Position numbers and translations under genes: made by a program
Assembly: GCA_041648975.1 (NCBI GenBank)
Contig: JBAZNZ010000001.1
Span: 40,961 to 104,960 of the forward strand
Reading direction: 5' to 3'
Length of the DNA: 64,000 nucleotides
DNA from: Candidatus Omnitrophota bacterium
GTDB taxonomy: Bacteria > Omnitrophota > Gorgyraeia > 2-01-FULL-45-10
Shown here: positions 54,652-64,000 of the stretch, in pieces
How positions within the stretch are numbered: position 1 is the stretch's first letter
How the letters are laid out: every line of letters begins with the position of its first letter
Notes under the pieces: model-generated
The model's input: only the letters and a program-made list of their open reading frames with translations
What the model was told of the DNA's origin: nothing
The model's database searches: none

Positions 54652-55046
54652 ATTGTAAGTTCTTGCCTCTTATCTGAAATATTATGCTCTCAATCTTCTC
54701 GATCGACACAAGCTTCATTATTATTCCTCCTTCTGTTATATGCACAAAAAATCCCGCCCGAATCTTTAAAAATTCAAGCAGGATCTAGTACTCTATTACA
54801 GACGCGAACCCAATATATCATATAGCATATTTTTGCCAAGAAAATTCAGCCTTGTGTTAGAGTAAATACATTGTATAATATCACCAATAACCCGGGTTAA
54901 GTCCAAAAAGGGCAGGTTTAATCGCGTCCCCCGTGGACCTGGTTCCGAAGCCACGGGTTGGCCGCAACCGGCTAATGCTTGTTTATTGCTGGGGAAAGTA
55001 ATATAATATCAGTCGGAAAAGGCGGTTTTTTAACCTGGGGGATATC

Positions 55047-55889
55047 ATGAAAAGGCTTTTTATTTTTATTATGGCAGTATCGATGCTCATCGCCGCGGAC
55101 GTGTTCGCTGCGGGGATCGACGAATTGATGCCGGTACTTAAGCAGGTGAAGCAGAGTATCAACGCTACGTTGTCGGAAATAGACAAAGATCTCGCCTCCG
55201 CGGCGAAGCAGCTGTCTGTCGTGGACCTGAAAGGGGAGGCCGCGCGGAAGATATTGAACGACTTGCGCAAATTCCGGCCTTATGTGGTAAATTGCTCTAT
55301 TATTGACGCGAACGGTTTAAAAATTACGGTTGAACCGCAGACATACCAGAAGTATGAAGGCGCCGACAGGGCGGAACTGCCGTCGGTGATCAGGCTGCTG
55401 AAGGACAAAAAGCCTGTGGTGAGCGACGTCTACTATGCGGCAGAAGGCATTAACGCTATAAGCATAGGTTATCCCATATTTTCAGATAAGGGCGAATTAT
55501 TAGGGGCTGTCAGGATGCTTATAAGACATGAATTGTTCCTGAAACCTATGGTCGAGGGCAAGCCCTGCATGATATGGATAATGCAGCCTAACGGACTCCT
55601 TATGTACGATCCGGACCCCGGAGAGACAGGCAAGAATATATTTACCGACCCGCTCTTTAAACCGTTTGAGGACCTGGTCTCTTTTTCCAAGACCGTCGCG
55701 TTATCTAATAGCGGCGCGGGGTCATATGATTTTTACGCTAACGGGCTTCAGGACAAGACGCTTACCAGGAAGATGGCGGTCTGGGATACCGTCGGGCTGT
55801 ACGGCACCGAATGGCGGGTTATAGCGGTGGATATTGAAAGGACGCTGGAAGAAAAACAGCTTGCCTCCGCTGCCCAAATAAAGGATTAA
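55047..55889 (+). CDS. secreted Cache-like (dCache) sensor-domain protein without an output domain
   Basis: Signal peptide, then about 250-aa periplasmic sensor-like fold. Immediately upstream of a PilZ gene. Confidence 0.45.
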   Translation: MKRLFIFIMAVSMLIAADVFAAGIDELMPVLKQVKQSINATLSEIDKDLASAAKQLSVVDLKGEAARKILNDLRKFRPYVVNCSIIDANGLKITVEPQTYQKYEGADRAELPSVIRLLKDKKPVVSDVYYAAEGINAISIGYPIFSDKGELLGAVRMLIRHELFLKPMVEGKPCMIWIMQPNGLLMYDPDPGETGKNIFTDPLFKPFEDLVSFSKTVALSNSGAGSYDFYANGLQDKTLTRKMAVWDTVGLYGTEWRVIAVDIERTLEEKQLASAAQIKD

Positions 55890-55902
55890 ACAGGAGGAAA
55901 GC

Positions 55903-56364
55903 ATGTCGGAACAACAGACTGCCGAGCGCCGTCATTACTTAAGACATCCGTTGAACTTTCCGCTCGAATATAAGGTGTTGGAAAAAGGCTCGCCCGGACA
56001 GCTTAAAGGAGTGCGGTCCTCGACGCTCAATATAAGCCACGCCGGGTTGATGTTCTCGGCTAAGCAGCCGGTAGATATCAAAACTGTGATAAGGATAAAG
56101 ATGCCGGTCCAGTCGAAGGTGTTCAATATAAAGGCCGAGGTCGCCCACTGTGATAAGGACGAGGAGACCGGCCTTTACAACATAGGCGTGTCGTTCCGCA
56201 GGTTCAGCGATGCGTTTAAGACTAAGCTTGTCGAGCAGATATACCTGATAATAGAATACCGCGACATACGCAGCCTCCAGCTAGGCAGGGATATGTCGCT
56301 CGAAGAGGCGTCGAGGGAATGGATAAAACGTTATTCGGAGAGGTTCAAGAAGCTCTACTGGTGA
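55903..56364 (+). CDS. PilZ-domain c-di-GMP-binding protein
   Basis: RRHYLRHPL (RxxxR) and LNISHAGLMF (D/NxSxGG) PilZ motifs. Confidence 0.7.
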   Translation: MSEQQTAERRHYLRHPLNFPLEYKVLEKGSPGQLKGVRSSTLNISHAGLMFSAKQPVDIKTVIRIKMPVQSKVFNIKAEVAHCDKDEETGLYNIGVSFRRFSDAFKTKLVEQIYLIIEYRDIRSLQLGRDMSLEEASREWIKRYSERFKKLYW

Positions 56365-56397
56365 TGTGGTTGGTTGCAAAAAAAAGGAGGCAGGAAG

Positions 56398-56679
56398 ATG
56401 AAGAAACTGGCGGTTATATTAGCGGCGGCGGCAGTGGTTTTAGTGTCGATGCAGGTATTTGCCGATGACGGCGGCGGCAAGTCGATATTCCAGTCGATGT
56501 ATGACGCAATGAACGTGCCGTGCAAGGCGCCGGCTAAGAGTGAGAGCGCGGATGTAAAAGAGGCTAAGAAAGAGATTGAGGCGGTGAAAAAAGTGCAGAT
56601 ATTTCAGAATATGGCCGACGGGATAAAAGAAGGGTCCGCGAAAGCGAAGCAGATGTCGTTGCGCACACGTACGAAATAA
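56398..56679 (+). CDS. small secreted protein (signal peptide, Lys/Ala-rich)
   Basis: ATG 56398 after GGAGG. MKKLAVILAAAAVVLVSMQVFA signal peptide. Confidence 0.4.
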   Translation: MKKLAVILAAAAVVLVSMQVFADDGGGKSIFQSMYDAMNVPCKAPAKSESADVKEAKKEIEAVKKVQIFQNMADGIKEGSAKAKQMSLRTRTK

Positions 56680-56832
56680 GGTCGCCTACGAAGCACCTAC
56701 GAGGTGTGACGGGTCTAAGTAATCACTCCTCGTAGGTGAAATACGGTTCGCAGTAGCAAGATTGTAGCAAGAAGGTGCTTCGGCAGCTAAGGCTGTCTCA
56801 GCATCGCTTGCCGGAGTAAGATTGTAGCAAGC

Positions 56833-56922
56833 GGAGGAGTGGCAGAGCGGTTGAATGCGGCGGTCTTGAAAACCGTTAGAGACGTAAGTCTCTCGAGGGT
56901 TCGAATCCTTCCTCCTCCGCCA
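56833..56922 (+). tRNA. tRNA-Ser (anticodon TGA)
   Basis: Acceptor GGAGGAG/CTCCTCC, anticodon arm GCGGT-CTTGAAA-ACCGT, long variable arm, T arm GAGGG-TTCGAAT-CCTTC, CCA encoded. Confidence 0.8.
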
Positions 56923-57137
56923 GTTTTCGCCATAGACTAAGTCACGCGAAAATTGATCCCGAGTAGCTATGGTTAGACCGAGGCTACGAGGGACTACCGC
57001 TAAAAGGACGCTATTAAATAGTGTTAAGCAGACGTCAAAAAGGTACGCCCTATAGGCTGTTCCCAAACAGGATGGCCCCAATAACACAATGCAAATATAG
57101 CTGTCTGTATTGATGTGGCTATGTTAGGAGAAAAGTG

Positions 57138-57293
57138 ATGATTAAATTCAGCCCGTATCAGGTCGTAGCGGCCCTGGGCTCATTACTGCTCGTTGTTTCC
57201 GGGATAATGCGGTTTTCTCAATCCGGCAGTCCGAAAGAAATTCTTATCGGGTTACTTTATTTTGCCGCCAATATTATTATATTTTGCTTTTAG
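57138..57293 (+). CDS. possible small membrane protein (51 aa)
   Basis: ATG 57138 after AGGAGA. Two hydrophobic segments. Not in the 60-aa ORF track. Confidence 0.25.
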   Translation: MIKFSPYQVVAALGSLLLVVSGIMRFSQSGSPKEILIGLLYFAANIIIFCF

Positions 57294-57316
57294 ATAGCGC
57301 GTTTCGGGAAACAGCC

Positions 57317-58048
57317 ATGGAAATTTACGATAAGATAGCCGAGAGTTACACCAGGCAGAGCCTTTCCGACGTTAAAAGGCGCCTTACTGTCGATTATACT
57401 TTTTTAAACTTGATCGGGGACGTGCGGGGAAAAAACGTGCTGGATCTTGCCTGCGGAGACGGGCATTACTGCCGCCCGTTGAAGCGCTCCGGGGCGGCCG
57501 AGGTGGTCGGAGTGGATATTTCAAGCAGGATGATAGATCTTGCAAAAAACGGAGAGAAGAAGAACCCATTAGGCATCAGGTATGAATGCATGGATGCGCT
57601 GAAACTGCCTGTTGTAGGCAAGTTCGATATCGCGCTGGGCTCGTTCCTCCTGCACTACAGCAGGACAAGAGACGAGCTTTTTGCCATGTGCAGGAATATC
57701 TACGCTAATCTTAGGGATGGCGGAAGATTTGTCGGAGTAAATGACTCTCCCGACAAGCCGCTGCAATCGGATCCAAGATATGGCATCACCAGGACCTGCG
57801 AAGACCCGGTTAAGGAGGGATCCATTATCAAGGTCACGTTATACGAGGATGGTAAACCGGCGTGTGTTTTCGATAACTATCATTGGGCGAGGAAGACCTA
57901 CGAAGACGCTTTTATTTCCGCCGGTTTCAAAAATATCATGTGGCACGGGCTGAAGGTATCTCAAGAGGGCCTCGATAAATTCGGATCCCGATTCTGGGAG
58001 CCATACCTGAAGCAGCCGGGAGTGGTCATTTTTGAATGCGGCGGATAA
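57317..58048 (+). CDS. class I SAM-dependent methyltransferase
   Basis: VLDLACGDGHY motif I. The ORF-track frame begins at TTG 57284. Confidence 0.7.
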   Translation: MEIYDKIAESYTRQSLSDVKRRLTVDYTFLNLIGDVRGKNVLDLACGDGHYCRPLKRSGAAEVVGVDISSRMIDLAKNGEKKNPLGIRYECMDALKLPVVGKFDIALGSFLLHYSRTRDELFAMCRNIYANLRDGGRFVGVNDSPDKPLQSDPRYGITRTCEDPVKEGSIIKVTLYEDGKPACVFDNYHWARKTYEDAFISAGFKNIMWHGLKVSQEGLDKFGSRFWEPYLKQPGVVIFECGG

Positions 58049-58559
58049 TATGAAGCACAGATTAAATCCTGAATATATGAAGCTGGCGGTTAAGGCGGCC
58101 CAAAAAAGCATCAAGACTTTGGGCGGAGGCCCTTTCGGCGCCTGCGTAGTCAAGTCCGGTAAAGTGGTGGCTGTCGCCGGGAACACTGTATTTAAGGAAG
58201 ACGCTACCTGCCATGCGGAAGTCAATGCCATAAGGATAGCCTCGAAGAAGCTTAAGTCATACGATCTTTCGGGATGTGTCATGTATACCACTACAGAGCC
58301 GTGCCCGATGTGTTTCAGCGCCATACACTGGTCCGGGATAGGCCTCGTCATATTCGGCTCCAGGATAGCCGACGCGGCAAAGGCCGGGTTTAACGAGCTT
58401 TCCATATCCGCGAAAAAGATGAAAAAAGAGGGCGGGAGCAGAGTTAAAATATGCCCGGGTTTTCTTGCAAAGGATTGCGGGAAACTGTATAAAGAATGGG
58501 AAGCCCTGGAAAAAGGGAGGGCCGGCCTGATAGACCATAAATCTCCTTATTTCAAGTAA
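58032..58559 (+). CDS. CMP/dCMP-type nucleoside (guanine/cytosine-like) deaminase
   Basis: CHAEVNAI and PCPMC zinc-binding motifs. Confidence 0.7.
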   Translation: MNAADNMKHRLNPEYMKLAVKAAQKSIKTLGGGPFGACVVKSGKVVAVAGNTVFKEDATCHAEVNAIRIASKKLKSYDLSGCVMYTTTEPCPMCFSAIHWSGIGLVIFGSRIADAAKAGFNELSISAKKMKKEGGSRVKICPGFLAKDCGKLYKEWEALEKGRAGLIDHKSPYFK

Positions 58560-58560
58560 A

Positions 58561-59355
58561 ATGCCGACAGCAAAACTGAATAATATATTCCTATATTACG
58601 AGATCTACGGCAAGGACCATCCGCTATTATTGATATCGGGCGTTAACTCGGATAACGCGAGCTGGTCCGGTGTGCGCGGAAAGCTGGCGAAGCATTTCCG
58701 CGTCATAACATTCGATAATCGCGCCTCCGGCAGGAGCGATGACCCTGGTAAAAAATTCACGATTCGCGACATGGCCGATGACGCGATAGGTCTCCTTGAC
58801 CATTTGCGGATAAAGAAATGCCATTGTATTGGCCATTCGATGGGCGGTTACATCGCCCAGGAACTGGCTATAAATTATCCGGAGCGCGTCGAAAAACTTG
58901 TGCTCGAAGCCACCGCCCCTGTCTCATCGGCCCGCAATAATATGTTATTGAACGATTTTTTAAACCGCTTCGAAAAAGACCGCGATAACGAAGCGTTGAT
59001 GCGGTCGTGGGCATACTGGTCGTTCTCTCCGAAAACATTCGAACGTAAAAGTTATATAGCGGCATTCGTAAAATACGCGTCGACTTATCCGTATTCGCAA
59101 TCGGCCGAAGGGTTCAAAAGTCAGATAGGAGCCGTCGCTTTATTTGACGCGCGCGCCAGGATAAAAAATATTAAAGCCGGGACGCTTGTTGTTATCGGAA
59201 GCGACGACATACTCATTTACCCGGCAGAATCGATGAAGCTTGTAAAGGGTGTCAAAGGCAGCGTCCTTGAGAAAATAAAGGACGCCGGCCATTGCGCGCA
59301 TGTTGAAAAACCCGATCTATTTGCGTCTGTGGTTACGCGATTCTTAAAAAAGTAG
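58561..59355 (+). CDS. alpha/beta-hydrolase fold protein
   Basis: GHSMGG nucleophile elbow, with Asp/His downstream (DAGHCAHVEKP). Confidence 0.75.
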   Translation: MPTAKLNNIFLYYEIYGKDHPLLLISGVNSDNASWSGVRGKLAKHFRVITFDNRASGRSDDPGKKFTIRDMADDAIGLLDHLRIKKCHCIGHSMGGYIAQELAINYPERVEKLVLEATAPVSSARNNMLLNDFLNRFEKDRDNEALMRSWAYWSFSPKTFERKSYIAAFVKYASTYPYSQSAEGFKSQIGAVALFDARARIKNIKAGTLVVIGSDDILIYPAESMKLVKGVKGSVLEKIKDAGHCAHVEKPDLFASVVTRFLKK

Positions 59356-59371
59356 TTATTATAACAAGAAT

Positions 59372-59417
59372 AATAGGGACAGCGACCATTTTTCACAAAA
59401 TAAATAGTCGCTAACCC
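59372..59417 (+). repeat. orphan chromosomal copy (R7) of the island 46-bp repeat
   Basis: AATAGGGACAGCGACCATTTTTCACAAAATAAATAGTCGCTAACCC, 54 bp upstream of the 59472 ORF and 40 kb from the island. Confidence 0.85.
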
Positions 59418-59471
59418 ATTTTTGCAATGGTTATGACGCCGCGATGTACGATATGGGGATGTAATAGGTAG

Positions 59472-60485
59472 ATGCAAAAAATTCGATACGAGATAGATCC
59501 TTACAACAGGCTGGTTCTCGACGCTCCCTCAGCGAAAAGCGACCTGCAGAAATTCCGGCAGGTCCTGGACGGCCGGTTCAAGATCGGCCGGAACAACAAC
59601 CTCTCCTACCATATAAAGGCGCCGCTCGCCTGGCGCGGATGCCTGCCCAACCAGGTCACGCTGAAAGGCGAATGGTCGCTCTCGGACAGCCACGAACTGC
59701 GGCTTACCCTGGACAAGTCGTCCAGGGAGACGTTCGGCGACCGGATAACTTTGAAAGGGGACATTTCGGATGTGAGCGATAATTCCATCACATTCGCCGT
59801 CGCTGCGACATCGAAGGACGGCAAACAATCGGCTTATAACGTAAGCCTGGGCGGATCATGGAAGGCGGATGAAAATAACCGCCTTACTTTTTATGTAAAG
59901 AAGGAAGGCGCCCGGCGCGATATCCTGACCTTCGGCGGCGTGTGGGAAGTAAATAAAAACCACGAGCTGATATATAAGTATGAGAAGGCCTCTCTCATAA
60001 AAAAGAAGAGACAGGCCCATACGTTGACGTTCAAGGGGCATTGGGACATAAGGGATGCGCTGCGCCTGTCGTATGCCCTGGGCGGCGCGACGGATTCGAC
60101 GTTCAATTTCAAGGCGAGCGCCGGTATGTTCAAGGAAGGCACGATCCGTTACGAGATAGGGATAGGCCTGGACGCCTGCCCGGATCCCGTAAGGCGGGTT
60201 GTTACGCTGTCCGGCAAATGGAATTTAAAGAAAGACGTGGGCCTCGTCTTCGAAATGGGATTTGGAAATAAGAGAAGACGTGCTATAATATTTGGTGCCG
60301 ACGCGAGGATTACCGGTAAAGATACGGTATCGTTCAGGCTCAGGAACGCAGCGGATAATAAGGACCTCGGGGTTGAGTTGAAGCTGTCCCATAAGATATT
60401 AAAAGGCGACGGAGAGATCTTCTTTCGGGCGCTCGCTTCGCGGCCCGAATCTGCCGTTTACGCCGGCGCCGCGTGGAGATGGTGA
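59472..60485 (+). CDS. hypothetical protein (337 aa), the only non-island gene preceded by the island repeat
   Basis: No signal peptide. Repetitive beta-rich sequence with internally similar approx 60-80-aa segments (KGEWSLSDSHELRLTL / GGSWKADENNRLTFYV / GGVWEVNKNHELIYKY / KGHWDIRDALRLSYAL / SGKWNLKKDVGLVFEM). Confidence 0.45.
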   Translation: MQKIRYEIDPYNRLVLDAPSAKSDLQKFRQVLDGRFKIGRNNNLSYHIKAPLAWRGCLPNQVTLKGEWSLSDSHELRLTLDKSSRETFGDRITLKGDISDVSDNSITFAVAATSKDGKQSAYNVSLGGSWKADENNRLTFYVKKEGARRDILTFGGVWEVNKNHELIYKYEKASLIKKKRQAHTLTFKGHWDIRDALRLSYALGGATDSTFNFKASAGMFKEGTIRYEIGIGLDACPDPVRRVVTLSGKWNLKKDVGLVFEMGFGNKRRRAIIFGADARITGKDTVSFRLRNAADNKDLGVELKLSHKILKGDGEIFFRALASRPESAVYAGAAWRW

Positions 60486-60591
60486 CAGGATAAAAATATT
60501 ACAAATACCGCTTGACAGAAAACCGGTCAGATGGTATATTTTTTTACAGGATTTATGTAAACGATTACATTTTAAAAGAGAGGTGACGGCG

Positions 60592-61617
60592 ATGGGCCCG
60601 GGAAAGAGCAAGATCAGCCGGATAGTCAAGGCCACAGGTTTTTCTATAGCCACCGTATCCAGGGCATTGAACGAGGGCACGGCGTCTATGGTCAAGCCGC
60701 AGACGCGGGACAGGATAATGCGCGCCGCGGAGAAGTTCGACTACATACCCGACAGGGCGGCCAGGTCGCTAAGGAAACAGCATGCGGACACGTTCGGGTT
60801 CCTTATAAACTTCGAGATGGATACGATAAGCGGCTACGTGCATGAAGTCCTGGACGGCATCATGGCCGGATTGAAAGGCACCGGGTTCGATCTCAAGATA
60901 ATTTCGACCAACCACCACAATACTATCGACGGGATAATACGGACGCACGGATTGGACGGCCTCATACTGCCTCACGGCTTTGGCCACGTATTCCGCGATA
61001 TGGCCTCGGAGAGCGAGAAGCACAAGCATAAGCCGTGGCCGGTCGTCGTCATAAACGACTACCATCCGAAATTCCGCGTGAACCAGTTATACGGCGACAA
61101 TGAACACGCTGCCCGGTATATGGCCGACTACCTGATCGGCAGGGGATTTAAGAAATTCTTTCTTGTCGGATGCGGCGACGATTCCCCCGACGCGACCGCG
61201 AGAAAAAAAGGTTTCCTGGACGCGCTTAATGAGGCTGAGATACGTTTTGACCCGGCGCAGGACGCCGCTAACGGTTATTTTCAGGAGATAGGCGGCTACA
61301 AGGCCGCGATCAACCTTTTCAGTAAACGGCCCGACTATCGCGGCGTCGTCTTCTGCGTGAACGACGCGATGGCATTCGGCGTATTACGCGCTGTAGGCGA
61401 GGTGGGCCTTAGATGCCCTCAGGAGGTCGTGGTAACGGGCTTTGACGGGATAGCGGCAGGTGAGTTCTCAAACCCCTCCCTTACGACGATAAAGTTCGAG
61501 TTATATGAAATGGGAAAAGCCGCGGTCGGGATGCTGAAGGATATAGTTTCCGGCAGCCAGAAGAAGGTCGTAAAGCGTAAATTCCCTTTCAGGCTTATAG
61601 AACGGCGTTCAACATAA
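60592..61617 (+). CDS. LacI-family transcriptional regulator
   Basis: N-terminal HTH (ISRIVKATGFSIATVSRALN) plus a periplasmic-binding-protein-like sugar-binding domain. Confidence 0.8.
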   Translation: MGPGKSKISRIVKATGFSIATVSRALNEGTASMVKPQTRDRIMRAAEKFDYIPDRAARSLRKQHADTFGFLINFEMDTISGYVHEVLDGIMAGLKGTGFDLKIISTNHHNTIDGIIRTHGLDGLILPHGFGHVFRDMASESEKHKHKPWPVVVINDYHPKFRVNQLYGDNEHAARYMADYLIGRGFKKFFLVGCGDDSPDATARKKGFLDALNEAEIRFDPAQDAANGYFQEIGGYKAAINLFSKRPDYRGVVFCVNDAMAFGVLRAVGEVGLRCPQEVVVTGFDGIAAGEFSNPSLTTIKFELYEMGKAAVGMLKDIVSGSQKKVVKRKFPFRLIERRST

Positions 61618-61631
61618 AAGAAGGAGAGGAT

Positions 61632-64000
61632 ATGAAAGTTAAAATCGTAATTCTTTTAACAGCGATTTTTCTTGTTACGGGTGCCGGGATGTCTGATGCC
61701 GCCGCGCATAAAGCAAACTATGCGCCGAGGGCCAATACCCTTACGCCTTCGCGTGGGTCTGCCCTGGCGGCGACGCCGGTCAACTTTACGTCTTCATATG
61801 CAGACAATAACGGGTATTCGGATATCAAGACGGCGATATGCCAGGTCAATACCTCCACTAACCGCAAAAAGGCTTTCTGCGGTTATTATAACAGGACTAC
61901 GAACAGGCTGTACCTATATAATGACGCCGGCACAGGGTTTGTGCCCGGAAACGGCGCTCCCGGCTCGGATGTCATCCTGGAAAATTCGTACGCGAAACTC
62001 GACTGCTCCCGGACCAGGGTGAGCGCTTCGGGTAAGGTGCTTGTGGTGAACTGGAACGTCACATTTAAAACCCCCGCCGTTTCCAGAACGCCGAAAAAGA
62101 TATATCTCTATGCGGCCGATTCGAAGAACGCCGCGACCGGATGGGTCCAAAAAGGGACATGGCAGGTCAAGGAAGCCGTTGTGGCACCGGCCGCTGATTT
62201 CACCGCAGATCCGGCGAGCGGCGATACCCCGCTTACGGTTCGGTTCACGGATAAGACGACAGGATCCGTTACAAGCCGTTCGTGGGATTTCGGCGACGGC
62301 GTCAGGAGCACAGCGACAAATCCGGCCCACGCTTATTCACTCGTGAGCCCGTGGGATGTCGATTATCAGGCCGATGATCTGCCTCAGGACGCAGGGGCAG
62401 GATGGACGCGGCATATTCGCGGGACGCCCGAGACCGAATCTATAGAGGCCGGAGTCCTGCATAATAAGTGCAACTATACCGCGGGCCAGGCGGCCTGGTA
62501 TGACAGGAGCGCCGACTTCTCGGCCGCGTCTCTCTATACGGTAGAGGCCCGTATGCGGCTTGCGTCATTCGCGGGCATTTCATACGGGGCGATGTGCCTC
62601 GGCGCCTACGACAGCGTTTACGCCTGGAGGCTCGACATTACGCCCAATAACATCAATCTTGGCTGGAGCGCCGAATATAAAGCGACTTATGAAATGGATA
62701 CGACCTCCGATTTTCACACGTACCGCGTAAAAGTCCTGAACGGTGTTGTCAGTGTATATGTGGACGGGGTGAGACGGATGACCGCCGATATGAAACACAC
62801 CGCGGCGCACGGCTATCCTTCGAGCGTATATTTCGGCCAGATAATAGCCTCCGGCGTTGTTTTGCCGTATCCGCCCACGACGCCCGAATACATAGAAGCA
62901 TACTGGGACCATATTAAGATAGATAATACTTTAAGCCAGCCGCCGTCGCAGCGTTATTATACGGTAGCGCTTACCGCGACCGGTCCTGGCGGTTCGAACA
63001 CGAAGACCGTAACAAATCGCGTAAATGTGCTTGCCCCCGCCCCCGAGATATTCACTAAAGGCCTTGCAGACGGCGTGGTCAATGAACGCTATGCGGAGAC
63101 GCTGTACGCGGATAACGGCGTCCTGCCGTATACGTGGTCTGTCGTGAGCGGCTCAATACCTTCGGGGCTCAGCCTCAAAAGCTCGACGGGCGAGATCACC
63201 GGATGGCCGAGCGCCGCCGGGGCATACGAATTTATCGTGGAGGCGAGGGACTATAAAGGAAGGACAGATATGCAGGCCATCAGTATAAGCGTTGCGCCAT
63301 ACCCGGCGCTGACAGATTTGCAATTGTTATGGGAAACGGAGGCAAAGTCCGCGGCTTACTTCTATTATGAAGCGCTGTCGAACGGTTTCGTGAAAGACAG
63401 CACCATGAACAGTTACTGCGCGAGTATAGGCGCCACCGGGTTCGGTCTCGCCGCGATGTGCGCCATCGCGAACAATAGCCTGATCGACTCCCCGACTTCC
63501 CCGTGGAAGATAACCGGCGCGCAGGCGCGCGAAAGGGTCATACAGATCCTAGATAACTGCATCGCGTACCAGAATATGCAGACGGACTACGGCAACGAAT
63601 ACGGTTACGGCGGATTCCTGCCGCATTTTATAGAGTCGGACGGGACGTGTTATGATAACCGTGAGGTTTCCACGGTGGATATGGCGCTCTTCATGGCCGG
63701 CGCGGTAACGGCAGGCGAGTATTTCGGCCTCGAGGTCAAGGAGAAGGTCGAGACTATATATAATAAGCTCCAGTGGAGGCTGTTCCTGAACATCTACTCC
63801 AAACAGTTCTCGCACGGCTGGGACCCGAAGACGGGCAGTATCATCTCCCAGACCTGGGACAGGCCCGGCGACGAGACGATACTCGTATCGGTGATGGCCC
63901 TCGGCAAGGAACCGGACGCGATGGACTTCCTCGAGACTATGTACAGCTGGCCGCGCACCGTGCGCCGGTACGGCGGGTACGATGTGGTGAACTCGTATTT
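61632..64000 (+). CDS. large secreted multidomain protein (signal peptide, PKD domain, putative-Ig/cadherin-like domain, C-terminal alpha-rich domain), 3' partial
   Basis: ATG 61632 after AAGGAGAGGA. Signal peptide MKVKIVILLTAIFLVTGAG. PKD signature ...TVRFTDKTTGSVTSRSWDFGDG at about 62230-62300. LPYTWSVVSGSIPSGLSLKSSTGEITGWPS at about 63123-63210 (He_PIG-type Ig). The frame is open to the window end. Confidence 0.6.
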   Translation, partial: MKVKIVILLTAIFLVTGAGMSDAAAHKANYAPRANTLTPSRGSALAATPVNFTSSYADNNGYSDIKTAICQVNTSTNRKKAFCGYYNRTTNRLYLYNDAGTGFVPGNGAPGSDVILENSYAKLDCSRTRVSASGKVLVVNWNVTFKTPAVSRTPKKIYLYAADSKNAATGWVQKGTWQVKEAVVAPAADFTADPASGDTPLTVRFTDKTTGSVTSRSWDFGDGVRSTATNPAHAYSLVSPWDVDYQADDLPQDAGAGWTRHIRGTPETESIEAGVLHNKCNYTAGQAAWYDRSADFSAASLYTVEARMRLASFAGISYGAMCLGAYDSVYAWRLDITPNNINLGWSAEYKATYEMDTTSDFHTYRVKVLNGVVSVYVDGVRRMTADMKHTAAHGYPSSVYFGQIIASGVVLPYPPTTPEYIEAYWDHIKIDNTLSQPPSQRYYTVALTATGPGGSNTKTVTNRVNVLAPAPEIFTKGLADGVVNERYAETLYADNGVLPYTWSVVSGSIPSGLSLKSSTGEITGWPSAAGAYEFIVEARDYKGRTDMQAISISVAPYPALTDLQLLWETEAKSAAYFYYEALSNGFVKDSTMNSYCASIGATGFGLAAMCAIANNSLIDSPTSPWKITGAQARERVIQILDNCIAYQNMQTDYGNEYGYGGFLPHFIESDGTCYDNREVSTVDMALFMAGAVTAGEYFGLEVKEKVETIYNKLQWRLFLNIYSKQFSHGWDPKTGSIISQTWDRPGDETILVSVMALGKEPDAMDFLETMYSWPRTVRRYGGYDVVNSY

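Noticed and set aside
56686-57087. 133-aa minus-strand ORF across tRNA-Ser(TGA)
   Set aside because: It overlaps the tRNA and its upstream repeats, with no motif. It is an antisense artefact.
61672-63815. ORF-track entries 61672-62022 +, 62110-62346 +, 61914-62330 -, 62580-62912 -, 63549-63815 -
   Set aside because: All lie in alternative frames of a long open + frame (from ATG 61632) that has a signal peptide plus PKD and Ig-like motifs. They are GC-rich off-frame artefacts.

Overview
This is a 64-kb bacterial chromosomal window, about 48-50% GC, with an uncharacterised-phylum flavour (many DUF and small GIY-YIG genes), carrying core metabolism interrupted by one clear mobile island. The main contents, in order:
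(1) A PyrR-attenuated pyrimidine operon, pyrR-pyrB-pyrC-(PHP/EndoQ-like)-pyrK-pyrD-pyrF-pyrE.
(2) tRNA-Val and tRNA-Asp, each abutted at the 5' side by a homing-endonuclease-like ORF (one LAGLIDADG-like with an HTH, one GIY-YIG).
(3) A roughly 10.3-kb integrative island inserted in the 3' end of tRNA-Asp, bounded by a perfect 19-bp direct repeat (9111-9129 and 19436-19454) and by TGTCACG arm-type repeats. It carries a tyrosine integrase, an excisionase, a leaderless cI-like HTH repressor with three dyad operators, a Fic protein, a PD-(D/E)xK protein, an HExxH protein, a Ca-binding-repeat secreted protein, a PLD-family protein and a DUF3800 protein. Six consecutive cargo genes, all on the + strand, are each preceded by a conserved 46-bp element, and a seventh orphan copy lies 40 kb away.
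(4) A second Fic gene, a truncated ORF6N gene and an AAA ATPase just outside the island.
(5) ArsR followed by an RND/MMPL transporter, a LolA-like protein and an outer-membrane beta-barrel.
(6) A cold-shock protein and DEAD-box helicase pair, then lpxD.
(7) A six-gene group-4 [NiFe]-hydrogenase-like membrane complex of the Hyf/Ehr type whose large subunit lacks the NiFe-ligating cysteines.
(8) An arsenic cluster: DUF134, an ArsP-like permease, ArsM, thioredoxin-like proteins, CcdA, ACR3 and ArsC.
(9) Homospermidine synthase with a divergent APC permease.
(10) An ECF sigma, anti-sigma and Spy-like envelope stress module.
(11) A tRNA-Arg(ACG) locus with a GIY-YIG ORF reading into the tRNA, a degenerate upstream tRNA-Arg 5' fragment, and tadA immediately downstream.
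(12) Two tRNA-Ser genes, a glycosyltransferase pseudogene, a Cache and PilZ pair, methyltransferases, deaminases, a LacI regulator and a large partial PKD-domain secreted protein at the end of the window.
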